This document shows positions 32,401-47,400 of a stretch of 64,000 nucleotides of DNA, one piece after another (within the stretch, counting starts at the first letter, position 1; the number at the start of each line of letters is the position of its first letter). The DNA is from Eledone cirrhosa. Its lineage: Eukaryota. The position numbers and the translations under genes were made by a program. The notes below the pieces were generated by a model. The model made no database searches. It was not told the DNA's origin and was given only the letters and a program-made list of their open reading frames with translations. Location: positions 171,554,001 to 171,618,000 of the forward strand of contig OZ024740.1 of the NCBI GenBank assembly GCA_964016885.1, written 5' to 3'.

Positions 32401-35400
32401 AATATCATGTGATAGAGTGATGATAGAAGCAAGATTATGTACAGAAAATATCATGTGATAGAGTGATGACAGAAGCAAGATTAAGTACAAAAAATATCAT
32501 GTGATAGAGTGACGATAGAAGCAAGATTATGTACAGAAAAGATTATGGTGATAGAGTGATGATAGAAGCAAGATTATGTACAGAAAATATCATGTGATAG
32601 AGTGATGATAGAAGGAAGATTAAGTACAGAAAAGATTATGGTGATAGAGTGATGATAGAAGCAAGATTATGTACAGAAAATATCATGTGATAGAGTGATG
32701 ATAGAAGCAAGATTATGTACAGAAAAGATTATGGTGATAGAGTGATGATAGAAGCAAGATTATGTACAGAAAATATCATGTGATAGAGTGATGATAGAAG
32801 CAAGATTGAGTACAGAAAATATCATGTGATAGAGTGATGATAGAAGCAAGATTAAGTACAGAAAATATCATGTGATAGAGTGATGATAGAAGCAAGATTA
32901 TGTACGGAAAAGATTATGGTGATAGAGTGATGATAGAAGCAAGATTATGTACAGAAAAGATTATGGTGATAGAGTGATGATAGAAGCAAGATTATGTACA
33001 GAAAAGATTATGGTGATAGAGTGATGATAGAAGCAAGATTATGTACAGAAAATATCATGTGATAGAGTGATGATAGAAGGAAGATTAAGTACAGAAAAGA
33101 TTATGGTGATAGAGTGATGATAGAAGCAAGATTATGTACAGAAAATATCATGTGATAGAGTGATGATAGAAGCAAGATTATGTACAGAAAAGATTATGGT
33201 GATAGAGTGATGATAGAAGCAAGATTATGTACAGAAAATATCATGTGATAGAGTGATGATAGAAGCAAGATTATGTACAGAAAAGATTATGGTGATAGAG
33301 TGATGATAGAAGCAAGATTATGTACAGAAAATATCATGTGATAGAATGATGATAGAAGCAAGATTATGTACAGAAAATATCATGTGATAGAGTGATGACA
33401 GAAGCAAGATTAAGTACAGAAAATATCATGTGATAGAGTGAGGATAGAAGCAAGATTATGTACAGAAAAGATTATGGTGATAGAGTGATGATAGAAGCAA
33501 GATTATGTACAGAAAATATCATGTGATAGAGTGATGATAGAAGCAAGATTAAGTACAGAAAAGATTATGGTGATAGAGTGATGATAGAAGCAAGATTATG
33601 TACAGAAAATATCATGTGATAGAGTGATGATAGAAGCAAGATTATGTACAGAAAAGATTATGGTGATAGAGTGATGATAGAAGCAAGATTATGTACAGAA
33701 AATATCATGTGATAGAGTGATGATAGAAGCAAGATTATGTACAGAAAAGATTATGGTGATAGAGTGATGATAGAAGCAAGATTATGTACAGAAAATATCA
33801 TGTGATAGAGTGATGATAGAAGCAAGATTATGTACAGAAAATATCATGTGATAGAGTGATGATAGAAGCAAGATTAAGTACAGAAAATATCATGTGATAG
33901 AGTGATGATAGAAGCAAGATTATGTACAGAAAATATCATGTGATAGAGTGATGATAGAAGCAAGATTAAGTACAGAAAAGATTATGGTGATAGAGTGATG
34001 ATAGAAGCAAGATTATGTACAGAAAATATCATGTGATAGAGTGATGATAGAAGCAAGATTATGTACAGAAAAGATTATGGTGATAGAGTGATGATAGAAG
34101 CAAGATTATGTACAGAAAAGATTATGGTGATAGAGTGATGATAGAAGCAAGATTATGTCCAGAAAAGATTATGGTGATAGAGTGATGATAGAAGTAAGAT
34201 TAAATACAGAAAATATCATGTGATAGAGTGATGATAGATGAAAGATTATGTACAGAAAATATCATGTGATAGAGTGATGATAGAAGCAAGATTATGTACA
34301 GAAAAGATTATGGTGATAGAGTGATGATAGAAGCAAGATTATGTACAGAAAAGATTATGGTGATAGAGTGATGATAGAAGCAAGATTATGTACAGAAAAG
34401 ATTATGGTGATAGAATGATGATAGAAGCAAGATTATGTACAGAAAATATCATGTGATAGAGTGATGATGGAAGCAAGATTATGTACAGTAAAGATTATGG
34501 TGATAGAGTGATGATAGAAGCAAGATTATGTACAGAAAAAATCATGTGATAGAGTGATGATAGAAGAAAGATTATGTACAGAAAAGATTATGGTGATAGA
34601 GTGATGATAGAAGCAAGATTATGTACAGAAAATATCATGTGATAGAGTGATGATAGAAGCAAGATTATGTACAGAAAAGATTATGGTGATAGAGTGATGA
34701 TAGAAGCAAGATTATGTACAGAAAATATCATGTGATAGAGTGATGATAGAAGCAAGATTATGTACAGAAAATATCATGTGATAGAGTGATGACAGAAGCA
34801 AGATTAAGTACAAAAAATATCATGTGATAGAGTGACGATAGAAGCAAGATTATGTACAGAAAAGATTATGGTGATAGAGTGATGATAGAAGCAAGATTAT
34901 GTACAGAAAATATCATGTGATAGAGTGATGATAGAAGGAAGATTAAGTACAGAAAAGATTATGGTGATAGAGTGATGATAGAAGCAAGATTATGTACAGA
35001 AAATATCATGTGATAGAGTGATGATAGAAGCAAGATTATGTACAGAAAAGATTATGGTGATAGAGTGATGATAGAAGCAAGATTATGTACAGAAAATATC
35101 ATGTGATAGAGTGATGATAGAAGCAAGATTGAGTACAGAAAATATCATGTGATAGAGTGATGATAGAAGCAAGATTAAGTACAGAAAATATCATGTGATA
35201 GAGTGATGATAGAAGCAAGATTATGTACGGAAAAGATTATGGTGATAGAGTGATGATAGAAGCAAGATTATGTACAGAAAAGATTATGGTGATAGAGTGA
35301 TGATAGAAGCAAGATTATGTACAGAAAAGATTATGGTGATAGAATGATGATAGAAGCAAGATTATGTACAGAAAATATCATGTGATAGAGTGATGATAGA

Positions 35401-38400
35401 AGCAAGATTATGTACAGAAAATATTATGTGATAGAGTGATGATAGAAGCAAGATTATGTACAGAAAATATCATGTGATAGAGTGATGACAGAAGCAAGAT
35501 TAAGTACAGAAAATATCATGTGATAGAGTGAGGATAGAAGCAAGATTATGTACAGAAAAGATTATGGTGATAGAGTGATGATAGAAGCATGATTATGTAC
35601 AGAAAATATCATGTGATAGAGTGATGATAGAAGCAAGATTAAGTACAGAAAAGATTATGGTGATAGAGTGATGATAGAAGCAAGATTATGTACAGAAAAT
35701 ATCATGTGATAGAGTGATGATAGAAGCAAGATTATGTACAGAAAAGATTATGGTGATAGAGTGATGATAGAAGCAAGATTATGTACAGAAAATATCATGT
35801 GATAGAGTGATGATAGAAGCAAGATTATGTACAGAAAATATCATGTGATAGAGTGATGATAGAAGCAAGATTAAGTACAGAAAATATCATGTGATAGAGT
35901 GATGATAGAAGCAAGATTATGTACAGAAAATATCATGTGATAGAGTGATGATAGAAGCAAGATTAAGTACAGAAAAGATTATGGTGATAGAGTGATGATA
36001 GAAGCAAGATTATGTACAGAAAAGATTATGGTGATAGAGTGATGATAGAAGCAAGATTATGTACAGAAAATATCATGTGATAGAGTGATGATAGAAGCAA
36101 GATTATGTACAGAAAATATCATGTGATAGAGTGATGATAGAAGTAAGATTAAGTACAAAAAATATCATGTGATAGAGTGATGATAGAAGCAAGATTATGT
36201 ACAGAAAATAGCATGTGATAGAGTGATGATAGAAGCAAGATTATGTACAGAAAATATCATGTGATAGAGTGATGATAGAAGCAAGATTATTTACAGAAAA
36301 GATTATGGTGATAGATTGATGATAGAAGCAAGATTATGTACAGAAAATATCATGTGATAGAGTGATGATAGAAGCAAGATTAAGTACAGAAAATATCATG
36401 TGATAGAGTGATGATAGAAGCAAGATTATGTACAGAAAATATCATGTGATAGAGTGATGATAGAAGCAAGATTATGTACAGAAAAGATTTTGGTGATAGA
36501 ATGATGATAGAAGCAAGATTATGTACAGAAAATATCATGTGATAGAGTGATGATAGAAGCAAGATTATGTACAGAAAAGATTATGGTGATAGAGTGATGA
36601 TAGAAGCAAGATTATGTACAGAAAAAATCATGTGATAGAGTGATGATAGAAGAAAGATTATGTACAGAAAAGATTATGGTGATAGAGTGATGATAGAAGC
36701 AAGATTATGTACAGAAAAGATTATGGTGATAGAGTGATGATAGAAGCAAGATTATGTACAGAAAAGATTATGGTGATAAAGTGATGATAGAAGTAAGATT
36801 AAATACAGAAAATATCATGTGATAGAGTGATGATAGATGAAAGATTATGTACAGAAAATATCATGTGATAGAGTGATGATAGAAGCAAGATTATGTACAG
36901 AAAAGATTATGGTGATAGAGTGATGATAGAAGCAAGATTATGTACAGAAAAGATTATGGTGATAGAGTGATGATAGAAGCAAGATTATGTACAGAAAAGA
37001 TTATGGTGATAGAATGATGATAGAAGCAAGATTATGTACAGAAAATATCATGTGATAGAGTGATGATGGAAGCAAGATTATGTACAGAAAAGATTATGGT
37101 GATAGAGTGATGATAGAAGCAAGATTATGTACAGAAAATATCATGTGATAGAGTGATGATAGAAGAAAGATTATGTACAGAAAAGATTATGGTGATAGAG
37201 TGATGATAGAAGCAAGATTATGTACAGAAAATATCATGTGATAGAGTGATGATAGAAGCAAGATTATGTACAGAAAAGATTATGGTGATAGAGTGATGAT
37301 AGAAGCAAGATTATGTACAGAAAATATCATGTGATAGAGTGATGATAGAAGCAAGATTATGTACAGAAAATATCATGTGATAGAGTGATGACAGAAGCAA
37401 GATTAAGTACAAAAAATATCATGTGATAGAGTGACGATAGAAGCAAGATTATGTACAGAAAAGATTATGGTGATAGAGTGATGATAGAAGCAAGATTATG
37501 TACAGAAAATATCATGTGATAGAGTGATGATAGAAGGAAGATTAAGTACAGAAAAGATTATGGTGATAGAGTGATGATAGAAGCAAGATTATGTACAGAA
37601 AATATCATGTGATAGAGTGATGATAGAAGCAAGATTATGTACAGAAAAGATTATGGTGATAGAGTGATGATAGAAGCAAGATTATGTACAGAAAATATCA
37701 TGTGATAGAGTGATGATAGAAGCAAGATTATGTACAGAAAAGATTACGGTGATAGAGTGATGATAGAAGCAAGATTATGTACAGAAAATATCATGTGATA
37801 GAGTGATGATAGAAGCAAGATTATGTACAGAAAATATCATGTGATAGAGTGATGATAGAAGCAAGATTAAGTACAGAAAATATCATGTGATAAAGTGATG
37901 ATAGAAGCAAGATTATGTACAGAAAATATCATGTGATAGAGTGATGATAGAAGCAAGATTATTTGCAGAAAATATCATTTGATAGAGTGATGATAGAAGC
38001 AAGATTAAGTACAGAAAATATCATGTGATAGAGTGATGATAGAAGCCAGATTATGTACAGAAAAGATTATGGTGATAGAGTGCTGATAGAAGCAAGATTA
38101 TGTACAGAAAATATCATGTGATAGAGTGATGATAGAAGCAAGATTATGTACAGAAATGATTATGGTGATAGAGTGATGACAGAAGCAAGATTAATTACAG
38201 AAAATATCATGTGATAGAGTGAGGATAGAAGCAAGATTATGTACAGAAAAGATTATGGTGATAGAGTGATGATAGAAGCAAGATTATGTACAGAAAATAT
38301 CATGTGATAGAGTGATGATAGAAGCAAGATTAAGTACAGAAAAGATTATGGTGATAGAGTGATGATAGAAGCAAGATTATGTACAGAAAATATCATGTGA

Positions 38401-41400
38401 TAGAGTGATGATAGAAGCAAGATTATGTACAGAAAAGATTATGGTGATAGAGTGATGATAGAAGCAAGATTATGTACAGAAAATATCATGTGATAGAGTG
38501 ATGATAGAAGCAAGATTATGTACAGAAAAGATTATGGTGATAGAGTGATGATAGAAGCAAGATTATGTACAGAAAATATCATGTGATAGAGTGATGATAG
38601 AAGCAAGATTATGTACAGAAAATATCATGTGATAGAGTGATGATAGAAGCAAGATTAAGTACAGAAAATATCATGTGATAGAGTGATGATAGAAGCAAGA
38701 TTATGTACAGAAAATATCATGTGATAGAGTGATGATAGAAGCAAGATTAAGTACAGAAAATATCATGTGATAGAGTGATGATAGAAGCAAGATTATGTAC
38801 AGAAAAGATTATGGTGATAGAGTGATGATAGAAGCAAGATTATGTACAGAAAATATCATGTGATAGAGTGATGATAGAAGCAAGATTATGTACAGAAAAT
38901 ATCATGTGATAGAGTGATGATAGAAGTAAGATTAAGTACAGAAAATCTCATGTGATAGAGTGATGATAGAAGCAAGATTATGTACAGAAAATATCATGTG
39001 ATAGAGTGATGATAGAAGCAAGATTATGTACAGAAAATATCATGTGATAGAGTGATGATAGAAGCAAGATTATGTACAGAAAAGATTATGGTGATAGAGT
39101 GATGATAGAAGCAAGATTATGTACAGAAAATATCATGTGATAGAGTGATGATAGAAGCAAGATTATGTACAGAAAATATCATGTGATAGAGTGATGATAG
39201 AAGTAAGATTAAGTACAGAAAATATCATGTGATAGAGTGATGATAGAAGCAAGATTATGTACAGAAAAGATTATGGTGATAGAGTGATGATAGAAGCAAG
39301 ATTATGTACAGAAAATATCATGTGATAGAGTGATGATAGAAGCAAGATTATGTACAGAAAATATCATGTGATAGAGTGATGATAGAAGTAAGATTAAGTA
39401 CAGAAAATATCATGTGATAGAGTGATGATAGAAGCAAGATTATGTACAGAAAATATCATGTGATAGAGTGATGATAGAAGCAAGATTATGTACAGAAAAT
39501 ATCATGTGATAGAGTGATGATAGAAGCAAGATTATTTACAGAAAAGATTATGGTGATAGAGTGATGATAGAAGCAAGATTATGTACAGAAAATATCATGT
39601 GATAGAGTGATGATAGAAGCAAGATTAAGTACAGAAAATATCATGTGATAGAGTGATGATAGAAGCAAGATTATGTACAGAAAATATCATGTGATAGAGT
39701 GATGATAGAAGCAAGATTATGTACAGAAAAGTTTATGGTGATAGAGTGATGATAGAAGCAAGATTAAGTACAGAAAAAAACATGTGATAGAGTGATGATA
39801 GAAGCAAGATTATGTACAGAAAAGATTATGGCGATAGAGTGATGATAGAAGCAAGATTAAGTACAGAAAATATCATGTGATAGAGTGATGATAGAAGCAA
39901 GATTATGTACAGAAAAGATTATGGTGATAGAGTGATGATAGAAGCAAGATTATGTACAGAAAAGATTATGGTGATAGAGTGATGATAGAAGCAAGATTAT
40001 GTACAGAAAAGATTATGGTGATAGAGTGATGATAGAAGTAAGATTAAATACAGAAAATATCATGTGATAGAGTGATGATAGATGAAAGATTATGTACAGA
40101 AAATATCATGTGATAGGGTGATGATAGAAGCAAGATTATGTACAGAAAAGATTATGGTGATAGAGTGATGATAGAAGCAAGATTATGTACAGAAAAGATT
40201 ATGGTGATAGAGTGATGATAGAAGCAAGATTATGTACAGAAAATATCATGTGATAGAGTGATGATAGAAGCAAGATTATGTACAGAAAAGATTATGGTGA
40301 TAGAGTGATGATAGAAGCAAGATTAAGTACAGAAAAAAACATGTGATAGAGTGATGATAGAAGCAAGATTATGTACAGAAAAGATTATGGCGATAGAGTG
40401 ATGATAGAAGCAAGATTAAGTACAGAAAATATCATGTGATAGAGTGATGATAGAAGCAAGATTATGTACAGAAAAGATTATGGTGATAGAGTGATGATAG
40501 AAGCAAGATTATGTACAGAAAAGATTATGGTGATAGAGTGATGATAGAAGCAAGATTATGTACAGAAAAGATTATGGTGATAGAGTGATGATAGAAGTAA
40601 GATTAAATACAGAAAATATCATGTGATAGAGTGATGATAGATGAAAGATTATGTACAGAAAATATCATGTGATAGAGTGATGATAGAAGCAAGATTATGT
40701 ACAGAAAAGATTATGGTGATAGAGTGATGATAGAAGCAAGATTATGTACAGAAAATATCATGTGATAGAGTGATGATAGAAGCAAGATTATGTACAGAAA
40801 ATATCATGTGATAGAGTGATGACAGAAGCAAGATTAAGTACCAAAAATATCATGTGATAGAGTGACGATAGAAGCAAGATTATGTACAGAAAAGATTATG
40901 GTGATAGAGTGATGATAGAAGCAAGATTATGTACAGAAAATATCATGTGATAGAGTGATGATAGAAGGAAGATTAAGTACAGAAAAGATTATGGTGATAG
41001 AGTGATGATAGAAGCAAGATTATGTACAGAAAATATCATGTGATAGAGTGATGATAGAAGCAAGATTATGTACAGAAAAGATTATGGTGATAGAGTGATG
41101 ATAGAAGCAAGATTATGTACAGAAAATATCATGTGATAGAGTGATGATAGAAGCAAGATTATGTACAGAAAAGATTATGGTGATAGAGTGATGATAGAAG
41201 CAAGATTATGTACAGAAAATATCATGTGATAGAGTGATGATAGAAGCAAGATTATGTACAGAAAATATCATGTGATAGAGTGATGATAGAAGCAAGATTA
41301 AGTACAGAAAATATCATGTGATAGAGTGATGATAGAAGCAAGATTATGTACAGAAAATATCATGTGATAGAGTGATGATAGAAGCAAGATTATTTGCAGA

Positions 41401-44400
41401 AAATATCATGTGATAGAGTGATGATAGAAGCAAGATTAAGTACAGAAAATATCATGTGATAGAGTGATGATAGAAGCCAGATTATGTACAGAAAAGATTA
41501 TGGTGATAGAGTGCTGATAGAAGCAAGATTATGTACAGAAAATATCATGTGATAGAGTGATGATAGAAGCAAGATTATGTACAGAAAAGATTATGGTGAT
41601 AGAGTGATGATAGAAGCAAGATAATGTACAGAAAATATCATGTGATAGAGTGATGATAGAAGCAAGATTATGTACAGAAAATATCATGTGATAGAGTGAT
41701 GATAGAAGTAAGATTAAGTACAGAAAATATCATGTGATAGAGTGATGATAGAAGCAAGATTATGTACAGAAAATATCATGTGATAGAGTGATGATAGAAG
41801 CAAGATTATGTACAGAAAATATCATGTGATAGAGTGATGATAGAAGCAAGATTATGTACAGAAAATATCATGTGATAGAGTGATGATAGAAGCAAGATTA
41901 TGTACAGAAAAGATTATGGTGATAGAGTGATGATAGAAGCAAGATTATGTACAGAAAATATCATGTGATAGAGTGATGATAGAAGCAAGATTATGTACAG
42001 AAAAGATTATGGTGATAGAGTGATGATAGAAGCAAGATTATGTACAGAAAATATCATGTGATAGAGTGATGATAGAAGCAAGATTATGTACAGAAAATAT
42101 CATGTGATAGAGTGATGATAGAAGCAAGATTAAGTACAGAAAATATCATGTGATAGAGTGATGATAGAAGCAAGATTATGTACAGAAAATATCATGTGAT
42201 AGAGTGATGATAGAAGCAAGATTAAGTACAGAAAATATCATGTGATAGAGTGATGATAGAAGCAAGATTATGTACAGAAAAGATTATGGTGATAGAGTGA
42301 TGATAGAAGCAAGATTATGTACAGAAAATATCATGTGATAGAGTGATGATAGAAGCAAGATTATGTACAGAAAAGATTATGGTGATAGAGTGATGATAGA
42401 AGCAAGATTATGTACAGAAAATATCATGTGATAGAGTGATGATAGAAGCAAGATTATGTACAGAAAATATCATGTGATAGAGTGATGATAGAAGTAAGAT
42501 TAAGTACAGAAAATATCATGTGATAGAGTGATGATAGAAGCAAGATTATGTACAGAAAATATCATGTGATAGAGTGATGATAGAAGCAAGATTATGTACA
42601 GAAAATATCATGTGATAGAGTGATGATAGAAGCAAGATTATTTACAGAAAAGATTATGGTGATAGAGTGATGATAGAAGCAAGATTATGTACAGAAAATA
42701 TCATGTGATAGAGTGATGATAGAAGCAAGATTAAGTACAGAAAATATCATGTGATAGAGTGATGATAGAAGCAAGATTATGTACAGAAAATATCATGTGA
42801 TAGAGTGATGATAGAAGCAAGATTATGTACAGAAAAGATTATGGTGATAGAGTGATGATAGAAGCAAGATTAAGTACAGAAAAAAACATGTGATAGAGTG
42901 ATGATAGAAGCAAGATTATGTACAGAAAAGATTATGGCGATAGAGTGATGATAGAAGCAAGATTAAGTACAGAAAATATCATGTGATAGAGTGATGATAG
43001 AAGCAAGATTATGTACAGAAAAGATTATGGTGATAGAGTGATGATAGAAGCAAGATTATGTACAGAAAAGATTATGGTGATAGAGTGATGATAGAAGCAA
43101 GATTATGTACAGAAAAGATTATGGTGATAGAGTGATGATAGAAGTAAGATTAAATACAGAAAATATCATGTGATAGAGTGATGATAGATGAAAGATTATG
43201 TACAGAAAATATCATGTGATAGGGTGATGATAGAAGCAAGATTATGTACAGAAAAGATTATGGTGATAGAGTGATGATAGAAGCAAAATTATGTACAGAA
43301 AAGATTATGGTGATAGAGTGATGATAGAAGCAAGATTATGTACAGAAAATATCATGTGATAGAGTGATGATAGAAGCAAGATTATGTACAGAAAAGATTA
43401 TGGTGATAGAGTGATGATAGAAGCAAGATTAAGTACAGAAAAAAACATGTGATAGAGTGATGATAGAAGCAAGATTATGTACAGAAAAGATTATGGCGAT
43501 AGAGTGATGATAGAAGCAAGATTAAGTACAGAAAATATCATGTGATAGAGTGATGATAGAAGCAAGATTATGTACAGAAAAGATTATGGTGATAGAGTGA
43601 TGATAGAAGCAAGATTATGTACAGAAAAGATTATGGTGATAGAGTGATGATAGAAGCAAGATTATGTACAGAAAAGATTATGGTGATAGAGTGATGATAG
43701 GAGTAAGATTAAATACAGAAAATATCATGTGATAGAGTGATGATAGATGAAAGATTATGTACAGAAAATATCATGTGATAGAGTGATGATAGAAGCAAGA
43801 TTATGTACAGAAAAGATTATGGTGATAGAGTGATGATAGAAGCAAGATTATGTACAGAAAATATCATGTGATAGAGTGATGATAGAAGCAAGATTATGTA
43901 CAGAAAATATCATGTGATAGAGTGATGACAGAAGCAAGATTAAGTACCAAAAATATCATGTGATAGAGTGACGATAGAAGCAAGATTATGTACAGAAAAG
44001 ATTATGGTGATAGAGTGATGATAGAAGCAAGATTATGTACAGAAAATATCATGTGATAGAGTGATGATAGAAGGAAGATTAAGTACAGAAAAGATTATGG
44101 TGATAGAGTGATGATAGAAGCAAGATTATGTACAGAAAATATCATGTGATAGAGTGATGATAGAAGCAAGATTATGTACAGAAAAGATTATGGTGATAGA
44201 GTGATGATAGAAGCAAGATTATGTACAGAAAATATCATGTGATAGAGTGATGATAGAAGCAAGATTAAGTACAGAAAATATCATGTGATAGAGTGATGAT
44301 AGAAGCAAGATTAAGTACAGAAAATATCATGTGATAGAGTGATGATAGAAGCAAGATTATGTACAGAAAATATCATGTGATAGAGTGATGATAGAAGCAA

Positions 44401-47400
44401 GATTATTTGCAGAAAATATCATGTGATAGAGTGATGATAGAAGCAAGATTAAGTACAGAAAATATCATGTGATAGAGTGATGATAGAAGCCAGATTATGT
44501 ACAGAAAAGATTATGGTGATAGAGTGCTGATAGAAGCAAGATTATGTACAGAAAATATCATGTGATAGAGTGATGATAGAAGCAAGATTATGTACAGAAA
44601 AGATTATGGTGATAGAGTGATGATAGAAGCAAGATAATGTACAGAAAATATCATGTGATAGAGTGATGATAGAAGCAAGATTATGTACAGAAAATATCAT
44701 GTGATAGAGTGATGATAGAAGTAAGATTAAGTACAGAAAATATCATGTGATAGAGTGATGATAGAAGCAAGATTATGTACAGAAAATATCATGTGATAGA
44801 GTGATGATAGAAGCAAGATTATGTACAGAAAATATCATGTGATAGAGTGATGATAGAAGCAAGATTATTTACAGAAAAGATTATGGTGATAGAGTGATGA
44901 CAGAAGCAAGATTATGTACAGAAAATATCATGTGATAGAGTGAAGATAGAAGCAAGATTATGTACAGAAAAGATTATGGTGATAGAGTGATGATAGAAGC
45001 AAGATTATGTACAGAAAATATCATGTGATAGAGTGATGATAGAAGGAAGATTAAGTACAGAAAAGATTATGGTGATAGAGTGATGATAGAAGCAAGATTA
45101 TGTACAGAAAATATCATGTGATAGAGTGATGATAGAAGCAAGATTAAGTACAGAAAATATCATGTGATAGAGTGATGATAGAAGCAAGATTATGTACAGA
45201 AAATATCATGTGATAGAGTGATGATAGAAGCAAGATTATTTGCAGAAAATATCATGTGATAGAGTGATGATAGAAGCAAGATTAAGTACAGAAAATATCA
45301 TGTGATAGAGTGATGATAGAAGCAAGATTATGTACAGAAAATATCATGTGATAGAGTGATGATAGAAGCAAGATTATTTGCAGAAAATATCATGTGATAG
45401 AGTGATGATAGAAGCAAGATTAAGTACAGAAAATATCATGTGATAGAGTGATGATAGAAGCAAGATTATGTACAGAAAAGATTATGGTGATAGAGTGATG
45501 ATAGAAGCAAGATTATGTACAGAAAATATCATGTGATAGAGTGATGATAGAAACAAGATTATGTACAGAAAATATCATGTGATAGAGTGATGATAGAAGC
45601 AAGATTAAGTACAGAAAATATCATGTGATAGAGTGATGATAGAAGCAAGATTAAGTACAGAAAAGATTATGGTGATAGAGTGATGATAGAAGCAAGATTA
45701 TGTACAGAAAATATCATGTGATAGAGTGATGATAGAAGCAAGATTATGTACAGAAAATATCATGTGATAGAGTGATGATAGAAGCAAGATTATGTACAGA
45801 AAAGATTTTGGTGATAGAGTGATGATAGAAGCAAGATTAAGTACAGAAAATATCATGTGATAGAGTGATGATAGAAGCAAGATTATGTACAGAAAAGATT
45901 ATGGTGATAGAGTGATGATAGAAGCAAGATTAAGTACAGAAAATATCATGTGATAGAGTGATGATAGAAGCAAGATTATGTACAGAAAGGATTATGGTGA
46001 TAGAGTGATGATAGAAGCAAGATTATGTACAGAAAAGATTATGGTGATAGAGTGATGATAGAAGCAAGATTATGTACAGAAAAGATTATGGTGATAGAGT
46101 GATGATAGAAGTAAGATTAAATACAGAAAATATCATGTGATAGAGTGATGATAGATGCAAGATTATGTACAGAATATATCATGTGATAGAGTGATGATAG
46201 AAGCAAGATTATGTACAGAAAAGATTATGGTGATAGAGTGATGATAGAAGCAAGATTATGTACAGAAAATATCATGTGATAGAGTGATGATAGAAGGAAG
46301 ATTAAGTACAGAAAAGATTATGGTGATAGAGTGATGATAGAAGCAAGATTATGTACAGAAAATATCATGTGATAGAGTGATGATAGAAGCAAGATTATGT
46401 ACAGAAAAGATTATGGTGATAGAGTGATGATAGAAGCAAGATTATGTACAGAAAGTATCATGTGATAGAGTGATGATAGAAGCAAGATCATGTACAGAAA
46501 AGATTATGGTGATAGAGTGATGATAGAAGCAAGATTATGTACAGAAAATATCATGTGATAGAGTGATGATAGAAGCAAGATTATGTACAGAAAATATCAT
46601 GTGATAGAGTGATGATAGAAGCAAGATTAAGTACAGAAAATATCATGTGATAGAGTGATGATAGAAGCAAGATTATGTACAGAAAATATCATGTGATAGA
46701 GTGATGATAGAAGCAAGATTAAGTACAGAAAAGATTATGGTGATAGAGTGAAGATAGAAGCAAGATTATGTACAAAAAAGATTATGGTGATAGAGTGATG
46801 ATAGAAGCAAGATTATGTACAGAAAATATCATGTGATAGAGTGATGATAGAAGCAAGATTATGTACAGAAAATATCATGTGATAGAGTGATGATAGAAGT
46901 AAGATTAAGTACAGAAAATATCATGTGATAGAGTGATGATAGAAGCAAGATTATGTACAGAAAATATCATGTGATAGAGTGATGATAGAAGCAAGATTAT
47001 GTACAGATAATATCATGTGATAGAGTGATGATAGAAGCAAGATTATGTACAGAAAAGATTATGGTGATAGAGTGATGATAGAAGCAAGATTATGTGCAGA
47101 AAAGATTATGGTGATAGAGTGATGATAGAAGCAAGATTATGTACAGAAAAGATTATGGTGATAGAGTGATGATAGAAGCAAGATTATGTACAGAAAATAT
47201 CATGTGATAGAGTGATGATAGAAGCAAGATTATGTACAGAAAATATGATGGTGATAGAGTGATGATAGAAGCAAGATTATGTACAGAAAATATCATGTGA
47301 TAGAGTGATGAGAGAAGCAAGATTATGTACAGAAAAGATTATGGTGATAGAGTGATGATAGAAGCAAGATCATGTACAGAAAATATCATGTGATAGAGTG